Virus record (IMG/VR): IMGVR_UViG_3300026085_000006 | Coordinates: 1-31,673 of that record | DNA length: 31,673 nucleotides | Reading direction: 5' to 3' (one strand) | From: a virus | Taxonomy: Duplodnaviria > Caudoviricetes | In this document: piece after piece, positions 18,316-26,813 of the stretch | Position numbering within the stretch: the first letter of the stretch is position 1 | How the letters are laid out: each line of letters begins with the position of its first letter | Position numbers and translations under genes: made by a program | The notes under the pieces: generated by a model | What the model saw: the letters and a program-made list of their open reading frames with translations, nothing else | Databases searched by the model: none | What the model was told of the DNA's origin: nothing

Positions 18316-19605
18316 TTATCTAACGCACTTGAGAAGTATAGTATCCGGATTAATCCTACCATTAAGTTTGATATCAACAGCATTGATATCTTCGAGAAAA
18401 GTAGTCAGTTTACGTTTACCTGAATCGTTAAATTCCTTCAATTTTTCTTCTGGTTTACGTAGTGTTTTTTGAATACTCTTTTCTTCGTCAAATTGTGTGA
18501 TTGTAGTACCTTTCACACTTAATCCTGTACCTTCTCTTTCTGCTCCGAGAGGATCGATAACCTTAGCAACGTATTTTCCAATCTTTCTTGTTTTAATATT
18601 AAACACCCATAGTTCGTTACACCCTACAATTTCAATAGGATTAACACTTGCTAATTGGAATTTGTCATTGTTGATTGCATACTTTAATTTTGCAATTAAT
18701 TTTTCTTTGGATCGAGGTTGTTTCTTTCTTGGTTTACGCATTGCTTTTGCTGTGTTAATAATAACATCTAAAGCACCCATATATAAACCTAATGCTTGAA
18801 CCTTTTTCTTAATCTCTGTTTTACTAAAAATGCTGTATCCTTCTTTTAGTTGCTGTGCCCAATCCTTTTCTTGTTCGGTTGCATTGCTACTAAGTTTCGG
18901 CGGATCAAGAACTTCATTTAGTTCATTTATTTCGTCTTGATAAAAGTCTTTAATCTTACGTGCATGAGCCTGAGTAAGTTTTACATCGTAAAAATGTTTC
19001 TTAAAATCAAAACCTTTTGGATTAAATTTTTCTGCATCTGTTAACCATTCGTCTAACCAGACAGCAGGTTTTTCATCCATAATAACTGCTTGTTGCTGTA
19101 TTCTTTCTTGAATAGAAGGAACATAAACATTTTCCTTCTTCTTTTCTTCGGCTTTTTTCTCTTCTTCTTCTTGGGCGGCAAAAGCATCTGCTTTGTATTT
19201 TAATTCACCTAAGAATTTATTAATTGTATCTTTTAAAGGACGTACAGCACCCGATGTTCCTGGCAAACTCTCCCAATACTTACTGTATGCTTCGTTTTCG
19301 TTCGGGCGTCCTAATGTAGCCATTCGGCAAACTGCACCTACTGTACTATGATATCTGCTGTCAGGAATCTTTGCAAACTTATTTGCTTCTTTGACCCAGT
19401 CACTATCACTCCTCATATACTCAACAACCCAACGTTTGTAATCAGCAGATTTACATTCTAATCTATAATAGTCAAGTGCGGAGTGTATTCTGTTACCGTA
19501 TGCCTTTGGATCTAACTCTTTCCAGTCATCCCATTTAGGTTCGATATTCTTTGCTTTGGATGCTCTGATTACTTTACTTTTTTTACGAGGGGCTGTCAAA
19601 GCCAT
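18316..19605 (-). CDS. Hypothetical 429-aa basic protein
   Basis: Long ORF with AGGAG SD and upstream promoter. C-terminal LWVFNIKTRKIG..LSVKGTTI..KTLRKPEE..LNGRIN block resembles a conserved T4-like phage hypothetical. Confidence 0.8.
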   Translation of the reverse strand: MALTAPRKKSKVIRASKAKNIEPKWDDWKELDPKAYGNRIHSALDYYRLECKSADYKRWVVEYMRSDSDWVKEANKFAKIPDSRYHSTVGAVCRMATLGRPNENEAYSKYWESLPGTSGAVRPLKDTINKFLGELKYKADAFAAQEEEEKKAEEKKKENVYVPSIQERIQQQAVIMDEKPAVWLDEWLTDAEKFNPKGFDFKKHFYDVKLTQAHARKIKDFYQDEINELNEVLDPPKLSSNATEQEKDWAQQLKEGYSIFSKTEIKKKVQALGLYMGALDVIINTAKAMRKPRKKQPRSKEKLIAKLKYAINNDKFQLASVNPIEIVGCNELWVFNIKTRKIGKYVAKVIDPLGAEREGTGLSVKGTTITQFDEEKSIQKTLRKPEEKLKEFNDSGKRKLTTFLEDINAVDIKLNGRINPDTILLKCVR

Positions 19606-19630
19606 TCCTAATCTCCTTGAAGTTTTAACT

Positions 19631-19658
19631 ATTATATATTAAAAAAATAAAAAGTCAA
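19631..19658 (-). promoter_or_regulatory. Sigma70-like promoter
   Basis: TTGACT-N16-TATAAT. Confidence 0.6.
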
Positions 19659-19678
19659 CTAAAAATGGCTTCTAACAA

Positions 19679-19939
19679 TTAATTATTTGTAACTTTTGAA
19701 AACAAATCTAAGATTTGTTGTTTGTTTCTTGCTAACTGTTCTTTACCTTGTTGCCAACTGTTTGCTTGATATTCTTTAATATCATTCCACTCGTCAGTCA
19801 CCCAACCTTTTATTTTTAACTCGATAGGTTTCTTTTGTGGCGCTACTTCATCTGCTTTAGTTGGTACTGTTGCAACCAATAAAACAAATCCTGCTGTAAT
19901 TGCTACAAAAAGAATTAACATTAGTTTCTTACTCATCAC
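19679..19939 (-). CDS. Small exported/membrane-anchored protein
   Basis: N-terminal KK plus hydrophobic segment ending TKA-DE. GGAGG SD. Confidence 0.7.
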   Translation of the reverse strand: MMSKKLMLILFVAITAGFVLLVATVPTKADEVAPQKKPIELKIKGWVTDEWNDIKEYQANSWQQGKEQLARNKQQILDLFSKVTNN

Positions 19940-20135
19940 TATTACCTCCTTCCAATTTTGTATACGGACTTCTATCCTGTGAAATCAAAAAACAGTCTGC
20001 TTGTATTTGTGCAATCATGTTATCAATTTCTTGGTTTGAACTTTTTATTGGTCCGTATTTTAATTCGCGAAGTCTATCAGCATCACGTTTAAGTCCGTCT
20101 ATTTTATCACATAGTTGACTAATCTTGTGTAACAT
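19929..20135 (-). CDS. Hypothetical 68-aa protein
   Basis: GGGAG SD, overlaps neighbours in operon fashion. Confidence 0.7.
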   Translation of the reverse strand: MLHKISQLCDKIDGLKRDADRLRELKYGPIKSSNQEIDNMIAQIQADCFLISQDRSPYTKLEGGNSDE

Positions 20136-20247
20136 TATCTTTCTCCCTTTGTTCCTCTTTTTCCATTACATGAAACCATAACATAAAGAAAATGACAGTA
20201 ACAATCATTCCTAATACAAATAATCCTATTCCGTGTCCTACATCCAT
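20119..20247 (-). CDS. 42-aa single-TM protein (not in ORF track)
   Basis: MDVGHGIGLFVLGMIVTVIFFMLWFHVMEKEEQREKDNVTQD*. ATG directly follows the ligase TAA, with AGGAG upstream. Confidence 0.68.
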   Translation of the reverse strand: MDVGHGIGLFVLGMIVTVIFFMLWFHVMEKEEQREKDNVTQD

Positions 20248-21573
20248 TTAGATTTTCTCTCCTGCTTCAAATCCTCTAAAAGTTTTAAACCTTGGAAAAC
20301 GTAAACTATAGGTTCCATCTTGGTTTTGTGTTACAGCATCTGCTCTTACTTCAACAATACGTCCAGGAAGACTGCCGCGATCACTCCAAAAACTATCACG
20401 ATCGCTGTCGCTAAACCCACTACCAACATTAACCTTGATAGCCTTTCCGTCATCGATGCCTTCACAAACCAATGCACCCAATTTTCCTTCATTTCGTCCT
20501 GTTCCTTCTTCAACATCTTTAATCTCCAGTGATACCTCAATAAATGGTTTCATCTTTAACCAACTATGAGATCGTTTACATTCATAAGGAGCATCAACGT
20601 CCTTAATCATAACCCCTTCGTAACCACCGTCTACAGCCGCTTTATTTAGGTCTACAAAGCGTTTTTCGCCTTCAGGAGTACTTAGGTCTACATCTTCCCA
20701 GTCCAACGCTTGTACGTGCTTTAAAACGCTACTATGCTGGTCTACCCAAGCCTTAACTGCTTGACTTCTAAACGATTGTGGTTTGTCCCAACCACCTGCC
20801 AAAAACTTATCCAAAGGACACATATCAAATAAATGGAGTACTGCATCTGTGGCATTGCCTCCGCTCTTTCTGTGTACCTGTTTCATTAGGTCTTGGAAGT
20901 TAGCACTCATTACTTCTCCGTCCAAAACCAAATCATACGGTGATGGGTTATCTTTTAATACTGTTTCAATTTCTTCAATGATGTGTCCAAAGTTATGAAA
21001 CTGTTTGCCGTTACGACTAAACGTTTCTACTTTACCATTCTTACAAACTGCAAGAACTCTAACACCGTCAAGTTTAACTTCTACCTGTTTCTTACCAACC
21101 ATCTTCTTTTCGTGGTTAGCAGAGTCGTGTGCAAGTTGGCAAGTAAACACAGGAATTGCATACTGTGGAAATTTCTTAGCAACTTTGTTTACTGTCTTTT
21201 CACTAACACCACAACGTAAATCTTTGATTAAAATTCTTCTATAAAAACCATTCCACTGTTCCGCTGTTGCAATGCCCATAGTCAATTCAATAGCATCACG
21301 GGCCGCATGACCTGTTAATTCTCTCTTGTTTAGTTTTTCAGCAAGTTCTTTAAACACAGGCCAAGCAAGTCCTTGTGCAGATAGTACTTCATTTTCTGCT
21401 TTTTCAGGAACTTGTTTTACACCAAATGTATATAATGTATCGAGACACATCTTAACTCCTTCAAAGAATTCGTCAAGACCTTCTTGCATTGCTTCTTGGA
21501 TTATTTTTTCTTTAGCGAGTCTTGAATTATCTGCTTCAAGTTTTGCTATGATATCTTGCGGTTGTGTTCTCAT
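20248..21573 (-). CDS. lig: ATP-dependent DNA ligase
   Basis: Motif I KLDGVR, SRNGK, LDGE, EGVMIK, WLKMKP, VGSGF, SLRFPRF. Start moved to MRTQPQ, which follows GAGG and the promoter. Confidence 0.96.
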   Translation of the reverse strand: MRTQPQDIIAKLEADNSRLAKEKIIQEAMQEGLDEFFEGVKMCLDTLYTFGVKQVPEKAENEVLSAQGLAWPVFKELAEKLNKRELTGHAARDAIELTMGIATAEQWNGFYRRILIKDLRCGVSEKTVNKVAKKFPQYAIPVFTCQLAHDSANHEKKMVGKKQVEVKLDGVRVLAVCKNGKVETFSRNGKQFHNFGHIIEEIETVLKDNPSPYDLVLDGEVMSANFQDLMKQVHRKSGGNATDAVLHLFDMCPLDKFLAGGWDKPQSFRSQAVKAWVDQHSSVLKHVQALDWEDVDLSTPEGEKRFVDLNKAAVDGGYEGVMIKDVDAPYECKRSHSWLKMKPFIEVSLEIKDVEEGTGRNEGKLGALVCEGIDDGKAIKVNVGSGFSDSDRDSFWSDRGSLPGRIVEVRADAVTQNQDGTYSLRFPRFKTFRGFEAGEKI

Positions 21574-21603
21574 TTGTGCCTCTCTTGCCTTATTAATAGT
21601 TAT

Positions 21604-21647
21604 ACTATACACAAGTTTTAATCAAAAGTCAAGAGATTTTTTACCAA
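21604..21647 (-). promoter_or_regulatory. Sigma70-like promoter with upstream TTGG element (ligase)
   Basis: TTGG-N11-TTGACT-N17-TATAGT. Confidence 0.78.
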
Positions 21648-21799
21648 AATTCCAATACTCTACCGTTACCAATTATAATAAAAAGGCAAGTAATAATGTG
21701 TAGTATAACCCACACAGAACGTATAATCGCAACATTGTCTGCTTTTCTGTCATCATCGTATGCTTTTGTTCCTATAGCCTTACACCAATACTTCCACAT
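21641..21799 (-). CDS. 52-aa membrane protein
   Basis: MWKYWCKAIG...; ATG overlaps the upstream TAA (TAATG); C-terminal TM segment. Confidence 0.7.
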   Translation of the reverse strand: MWKYWCKAIGTKAYDDDRKADNVAIIRSVWVILHIITCLFIIIGNGRVLEFW

Positions 21800-21987
21800 T
21801 ATACATCTTTCTTCTTTAGGCTCCAATTGCCATTGTCAAGTTCTTCCCATAATAATGTATCACCAATGTCCCAACCTACTTGGGCCAATGCTTCTGGGGG
21901 GAGTTCTAAGTATAATTCTTTTGTCTTGCCATCTTCTTGAACTTGAACAGTCCAAGAGTGTTCACCTGTCTTTTTGGGATATGTCAT
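21799..21987 (-). CDS. AbrB/MazE-like small DNA-binding protein
   Basis: LYLELPPEALAQVGWDIGDTLLW swapped-hairpin pattern. AGGTG SD; TAAATA at 22013-22018. Confidence 0.68.
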   Translation of the reverse strand: MTYPKKTGEHSWTVQVQEDGKTKELYLELPPEALAQVGWDIGDTLLWEELDNGNWSLKKKDV

Positions 21988-22021
21988 AACTGTCACCTAT
22001 GCTAATATAATGTATTTAATT

Positions 22022-22098
22022 TGGCGCACTCGAAGAGATTCGAACTCCTGGCCTCCAGTTCCGCAAACTGGCGTTCTATCCAACTGAACTACGAGTGC
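22022..22098 (-). tRNA. tRNA-Arg, anticodon GCG, CCA encoded
   Basis: Acceptor GCACTCG/CGAGTGC+G+CCA; D arm GTTC..GAAC; anticodon arm CCAGT-TTGCGGA-ACTGG; T loop TTCGAAT. Confidence 0.95.
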
Positions 22099-22107
22099 GT
22101 AATTGTT

Positions 22108-22136
22108 ATAGTACAATATTTTTTGGTGAAAGTCAA
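22108..22136 (-). promoter_or_regulatory. Sigma70-like promoter for tRNA-Arg
   Basis: TTGACT-N17-TACTAT ending 9 nt before the tRNA 5' end. Confidence 0.75.
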
Positions 22137-22139
22137 GAG

Positions 22140-22170
22140 AAAAAAATAGGCGACATAAAGCCGCCTATTT
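22140..22170 (-). terminator. Rho-independent terminator
   Basis: AUAGGCGGC-UUUAU-GUCGCCUAU hairpin followed by a U tract, 3' of the 22197 gene. Confidence 0.85.
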
Positions 22171-22196
22171 CTGAAAGAAAATAAATGTAAGACCTA

Positions 22197-22472
22197 TTAG
22201 TTGTCTAATAAACCTTTTGCCATTGCTTTGTAGCCAGCACCAATTACTTTTCTTGGAGCCTTAGTACCCATTACGTAACGTGATACTGCGACACCTCTGC
22301 TGTTTTTTCTTGTGTTTAAGAACACAGGATATCCAGCAAATCTCAACGCTTGGATAACCGCTTGTGGGTTACCTGCTTTGAATCTGTTTTTGATATCTGC
22401 ACTTGTTAGTGCTTTACCTTCAGTAAGAGCAGATAATACTCTTTCTTGAATAGTAGTTGTTTTAGTAGTCAT
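22197..22472 (-). CDS. Winged helix-turn-helix DNA-binding protein
   Basis: RVLSALTEGKALTSADIKNRF..NPQAVIQALRFAGYPV..SRYVMG. Start moved to follow AGGAG. Own promoter and terminator. Confidence 0.75.
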   Translation of the reverse strand: MTTKTTTIQERVLSALTEGKALTSADIKNRFKAGNPQAVIQALRFAGYPVFLNTRKNSRGVAVSRYVMGTKAPRKVIGAGYKAMAKGLLDN

Positions 22473-22530
22473 TGACTTTTCTCCTATTAAATTATCAAGT
22501 TGTGACTGAGTTTCCTCATTCAACTTATAC

Positions 22531-22574
22531 AGTATAACAAATTAATCTAATAAAGTCAAGTGTTTGTTTGCCAA
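22531..22574 (-). promoter_or_regulatory. Sigma70-like promoter with upstream TTGG element
   Basis: TTGG-N11-TTGACT-N17-TATACT. Confidence 0.8.
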
Positions 22575-22874
22575 TTACGCAGGAATGGTTAACATCTTGT
22601 ATAAACCTATAGCATCAATTACAAAATATAAGATATAAAGAAAGGTAAGTCCTACACTTCCTCTACTTACACCTCCATAAATTAAACATAATGCACTTAC
22701 TTCCCACATTATGTACGCAACAAGTAAATTTGGATTAGGCATAGTGTACGCCAAAACTGTAGTGGCTCCTATACCCATAACCAAACCAAGGAATTCTGCT
22801 ATAAATCTTTTTGGATTATTCTTAATATCTTCTTTAAAAAACTTAATTATATGATTACGAACGTCTCTTCTCAT
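22575..22874 (-). CDS. Three-TM membrane protein
   Basis: Three hydrophobic segments; ATGA overlap with the upstream gene. Confidence 0.72.
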   Translation of the reverse strand: MRRDVRNHIIKFFKEDIKNNPKRFIAEFLGLVMGIGATTVLAYTMPNPNLLVAYIMWEVSALCLIYGGVSRGSVGLTFLYILYFVIDAIGLYKMLTIPA

Positions 22875-23434
22875 CTACACAATTTAACAGTAAACACAAT
22901 CATATCAATTGTGTTTGATTCGTTTACCGTAAAGTATCGAGTTAGATATGCCGGTGTGATAATCAAGTGTCCGCTATTAATAATAAACTTCTCATTAGGA
23001 GCAGTATAGATACTTACACTCTTTTCGCTTGGTTTTTGAATTGGAGATTTAAATGGCGGATCTATAATTAGTCCTGCACTATTAAAAGGTACTTTTGGAA
23101 AGTAGTATCCAACAAATGTGTCATCTGGATATTTTCGTCCGTCTGTGGTCGAACTAATTCTTTCATACCAACTGTGTTTAATTTCATAATAATCTACACC
23201 ATACTCATTTGAATATGCTTTGATACAGTCGTTAATATTTTGTTTAAGTAGTAGTAAATTATTTTCATCTAAAAAATCTTTTTCAGAATTGAATTCAATA
23301 TCACTTTTTGCAGTCATGCTAATAACTTTTGGTTCTTCTGCAGGATGATAGCCTGATAAGTTATACATACCAATCACTGTTGGAAAGATTTGAAAATAAT
23401 CACTATCGTGTAAAGAATCAGTTTGATGATGCAT
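22871..23434 (-). CDS. Degenerate TIGR02466-like 2OG-Fe(II) oxygenase homologue
   Basis: IFPT, SWY, VGYYF, GHLIITPAYL scaffold aligns with 12611-13252 but the His ligands are absent. ATG 23434 follows GGAG. Confidence 0.65.
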   Translation of the reverse strand: MHHQTDSLHDSDYFQIFPTVIGMYNLSGYHPAEEPKVISMTAKSDIEFNSEKDFLDENNLLLLKQNINDCIKAYSNEYGVDYYEIKHSWYERISSTTDGRKYPDDTFVGYYFPKVPFNSAGLIIDPPFKSPIQKPSEKSVSIYTAPNEKFIINSGHLIITPAYLTRYFTVNESNTIDMIVFTVKLCR

Positions 23435-23445
23435 ATATTTTAACT

Positions 23446-23481
23446 CCAAAATAATGCGGATTTTTTAAAGTAGATCCGCAA
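23446..23481 (-). terminator. Possible hairpin/weak terminator after peroxiredoxin
   Basis: UGCGGAU...AUCCGCA 7-bp stem with 12-nt loop, followed by UUAUUUU. Confidence 0.4.
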
Positions 23482-23493
23482 CTACTCTGCCAT

Positions 23494-24057
23494 CTAAGCC
23501 GCTACAGATTCTTTCACTGTTGCTGACTTTAAATATGACATAATGTTTTCTGATGATGTTTCTCCGTAAGGATCATCATCGCAGTTATCACAACGGCCCG
23601 GTTCTTCGAACCATTTTTCAATTACGCCGTTATTCACAACTGCGGCATAACGCCATGAACGTGGACCAAATCCAAGATTTGTTTTTTCAACAAGCATACC
23701 TATTTGTCTTGTAAACAAACCATTTCCGTCTGGAATAGGTTGTACAAGTTTAATATCCTGGTCTGCTAACCATTTGTTCATAACAAACGAGTCATTAACT
23801 GAAACACAATAAATTTCATCAATGCCCATTTCCTTAATAGCGTCATAGTTTTCTTCAAATCCGGGCAACTGCTGAGAAGTGCAAGTTGGCGTAAATGCAC
23901 CAGGCAAACTAAAAATTACAACTCTTTTTCCATTAAAGAAATCTTCAGTTGTACAATCTGTCCATTTACCTTCGTCAAATCCGCAACCACCGCCTTCTAC
24001 GACATCGCCTGATCTGCATTTAAATGTTACGTTTGGAACGCAAACACCTTCTCTCAT
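23494..24057 (-). CDS. Peroxiredoxin (Prx5/type II)
   Basis: FSLPGAFTPTC, CVSVNDSFVM, IPDGNG, GFGPRSWRYA. AGGAG SD. Confidence 0.94.
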   Translation of the reverse strand: MREGVCVPNVTFKCRSGDVVEGGGCGFDEGKWTDCTTEDFFNGKRVVIFSLPGAFTPTCTSQQLPGFEENYDAIKEMGIDEIYCVSVNDSFVMNKWLADQDIKLVQPIPDGNGLFTRQIGMLVEKTNLGFGPRSWRYAAVVNNGVIEKWFEEPGRCDNCDDDPYGETSSENIMSYLKSATVKESVAA

Positions 24058-24094
24058 AATAATCTCCTGTTATTAAACTATATATCTGTGTGTG

Positions 24095-24169
24095 TGGTGC
24101 CGAAGGAGGGAATCGAACCCCCAACCTACTGATTACAAATCAGTTGCTCTACCGTTGAGCCACTTCGGC
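24095..24169 (-). tRNA. tRNA-Thr, anticodon UGU, CCA encoded
   Basis: Acceptor GCCGAAG/CTTCGGC+A+CCA; anticodon arm ACTGA-TTTGTAA-TCAGT; T loop TTCGATT. Confidence 0.95.
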
Positions 24170-24445
24170 ATTTTTTTCAAATTTCTTTACTCTGTCATAT
24201 CTAAAGGAACGCCAACCCTTTGCATTAATATCCCAAACAGTTACAGTTCCCTGCTTTGGTTCTTTATCTGTTTTGGGTTTATGTTCTTCAGGTATGATAT
24301 CAAAAGATTTTGTACACGTCATAACTCTCTCATCGCCATCTAACTTTAAAAAAGTTACCGTGTATATATCTTCGCGTAGCATTTTATTAAGTTCTTCTTG
24401 AACTGGAATGCCTTTTAATTCTGCAATTTCTTTTTTAATGTCCAT
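24149..24445 (-). CDS. DUF2693/WYL_2-like SH3-fold protein
   Basis: VTFLKLDGDERVMTCT...VWDINAKGWRSFR pattern. GAGG SD. Confidence 0.8.
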   Translation of the reverse strand: MDIKKEIAELKGIPVQEELNKMLREDIYTVTFLKLDGDERVMTCTKSFDIIPEEHKPKTDKEPKQGTVTVWDINAKGWRSFRYDRVKKFEKNAEVAQR

Positions 24446-24452
24446 AGTTTCC

Positions 24453-25271
24453 TCACATTATTTGTTCAAACCAACGTTCAGCAATTTCCCTGTGTGTTTT
24501 CGGTCCTGGATGTTGGTGATCTCTTGCATGATCTTTTTCGACAACTTTACTATTAATATTAGCAAATTTTTTAGGTAATACTTTTTGTATAATATTGTTT
24601 GTTTCTTTACTCCAACTCCACATACTTAAAATTCTTGAATCTGTAGCAATATCGTTTATCCAATTTAAATAATTAATTGTTCTATGTATTTCTAATTCTT
24701 GCCAATAGTTTTCTACATATTTTGTATGGTCTTTGTTATTAGGGTCAAGACCAGATCCTAAAATCATATTAGTATGTTGCCATTCCTTTTCATATTGTGG
24801 CCAACAGAATCTACTATAATCTGGTAATAACATAAGTGCATAATCAAAGCCTATAACACGTTCAGCAACACTATAACATTTTGCAATATTATCTATACTA
24901 CTTCCTATCATTCCAAAATTAAAAACAGCATATGATGGAAACATATTTTGCAATAAAGAAACATAAGTATCTTTTTCATCAACACCTACACCAAATGTAC
25001 AACTGTCTCCGAATACACCTATTCTAACTTTTCTGCTTTTAGAAAGATCCCACTTCCCTCTAAATCCATATTCGTTTATGTTGTATTGAGTTCCGTTATC
25101 TTTCAGTAAGTTCCATTCATCACTGCCTTCAAATGGTCCACAGGTAAATTCTTGTTTAGTCTTATATTCTTTACTGTATTTTATAAACTCGTGGAAATCA
25201 ACTAAATCATGAATGTTATTCTTATTTGCTGAACTTAATTGTCCAATATTTTTAAGTGCTACACTGTCCAT
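24453..25271 (-). CDS. SGNH/GDSL hydrolase-fold protein
   Basis: FGDSCTFG (block I), NFGMIGSS (block II), C-terminal DHQHPG (DxxH). Confidence 0.78.
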   Translation of the reverse strand: MDSVALKNIGQLSSANKNNIHDLVDFHEFIKYSKEYKTKQEFTCGPFEGSDEWNLLKDNGTQYNINEYGFRGKWDLSKSRKVRIGVFGDSCTFGVGVDEKDTYVSLLQNMFPSYAVFNFGMIGSSIDNIAKCYSVAERVIGFDYALMLLPDYSRFCWPQYEKEWQHTNMILGSGLDPNNKDHTKYVENYWQELEIHRTINYLNWINDIATDSRILSMWSWSKETNNIIQKVLPKKFANINSKVVEKDHARDHQHPGPKTHREIAERWFEQIM

Positions 25272-26233
25272 TTAATCATACCTGTTGGTGATGTGTTCTG
25301 TACAAATTGATCAGGTGATGGAACATAGAACTTATCATCATACTCTTTAGGATTATCAATAAAATCTCTATGTGGATTACCACACAGTACAAAAGGTCCT
25401 TTTTGCACATCAAGTTTAATACCTAACGTATCGTCCTTAGGAATATGAAACCCTAACTGACACCAATGGTTAAAGTTATCACTGTTACGTCCGGGATTAT
25501 TGTTTACAAATTCTTCACCTTCTGCAAATGCCTTCCAATGGAATACCATAAAATTATGATTATCAGGTTTGGGTACATCTATGATTAATCGTAAATCATC
25601 TTCTTTAGGATAGTTTTTTAAATCTAAACTAAACATTAGTGTTTCATTGTTTAAAGGTTTATCGTCAAGCCTTGTTGGTCTTAATCCAGGTAACGGATAT
25701 AGCATATCGTGTTTTAGATTGACTGGAAAGTTTTCAATGTAACGCTTTTCTTTTTCAACTTCTTCTAAGAATAATGTACTGTAATACAAATTAATCTTAT
25801 CTGGAATAGCAATACAACCAGGATTACGTGCAATTAGATCACTATAGATGCGTGTAAAGTTTCTTTCAATACCTATATCACCTAACGTTTCACTTAAACA
25901 AACATCAAAATAATTTGACGGTGCTTGTTGTACATCATAATGTATTGTGTAATTTTTAACATTATTCAGATCACAAAGTTCATGGATAGTTGAATGTAGA
26001 TTAGTTTGATTCTCTATAAACCAAACTTCTTCTGCACCACACATTGCCGCATAGATTCCAAGTACACCCGTGCCAGCACCAAAGTCAATTACTTTTTTAC
26101 CTTTACAGTGTTTTTCGATTGCTTTGAAAAATCCCATACAACGTGCATGATCTTTAATCATACACATATGACTTGCGTGATCCGCAAACTCGTGATCAAA
26201 TAAAGCAAATGTATGATCGCAAAACTTATCCAC
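25259..26233 (-). CDS. SAM-dependent methyltransferase, protein arginine methyltransferase (PRMT)-like
   Basis: HxxMxxDxxR, [33 protein letters not shown], and C-terminal NHWCQ. Confidence 0.75.
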   Translation of the reverse strand: MDKFCDHTFALFDHEFADHASHMCMIKDHARCMGFFKAIEKHCKGKKVIDFGAGTGVLGIYAAMCGAEEVWFIENQTNLHSTIHELCDLNNVKNYTIHYDVQQAPSNYFDVCLSETLGDIGIERNFTRIYSDLIARNPGCIAIPDKINLYYSTLFLEEVEKEKRYIENFPVNLKHDMLYPLPGLRPTRLDDKPLNNETLMFSLDLKNYPKEDDLRLIIDVPKPDNHNFMVFHWKAFAEGEEFVNNNPGRNSDNFNHWCQLGFHIPKDDTLGIKLDVQKGPFVLCGNPHRDFIDNPKEYDDKFYVPSPDQFVQNTSPTGMIKWTV

Positions 26234-26813
26234 GTTTAGTTACAAGAGTATCCGCTAAACCGTAGTCAACTGCTTCTTGTGCAGTCATATAGTTGTCACG
26301 GTCCATGTCCTTTTCAAGTTCTTCGTATGTTTTGCCAGTGTGCTTAACATAGATATCTGTTAAAACTTTTTTCCAACGCACAAGTTCATTTGCTTGAATT
26401 TCTACATCACTTGCTTGACCTTGCATACCACCGAGTGGTTGATGAATCATGTGTCTTGCATTAGGAAGAATTTTACGTTTGCCTGGTTCGCCAGCCATTG
26501 CTAACAATGAACCCATACTTGCGGCTTGGCCCATTACAATAGTGTGGACAGGACATTTAATAAACTGCATCGTATCATAGATGCTCATACCTGCTGTTAC
26601 CGAACCGCCTGGTGAATTGATGTAAAAGTTAATTGGCTTGCTTGGCATTTCGCTTTCGAGAAAAAGCATCTGTGCTACAATTAAACTTGCTGACGTTTGA
26701 TTAACATCAGTGTCTAACATAATAATTCTATCTTTTAAAAGTCTACTAAAAATATCGTATGAACGTTCACCACGTTGTTCTTTTTCAATAACTACTGGTA
26801 CTAAATTTGGCAT
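26226..26813 (-). CDS. clpP: ATP-dependent Clp protease proteolytic subunit
   Basis: [34 protein letters not shown] (Ser), MIHQP (His), DRDNYM (Asp). Confidence 0.97.
   Translation of the reverse strand: MPNLVPVVIEKEQRGERSYDIFSRLLKDRIIMLDTDVNQTSASLIVAQMLFLESEMPSKPINFYINSPGGSVTAGMSIYDTMQFIKCPVHTIVMGQAASMGSLLAMAGEPGKRKILPNARHMIHQPLGGMQGQASDVEIQANELVRWKKVLTDIYVKHTGKTYEELEKDMDRDNYMTAQEAVDYGLADTLVTKRG

Noticed and set aside
24080-24097. Short TA/TG dinucleotide run after tRNA-Thr as an att site or microsatellite
   Set aside because: Too short, no second copy of the tRNA 3' end seen, and no integrase in the window.
24092-24343. Plus-strand ORF MWCRRRESNPQPTDYKSVALPLSHFG
   Set aside because: Typical antisense translation of a tRNA gene.
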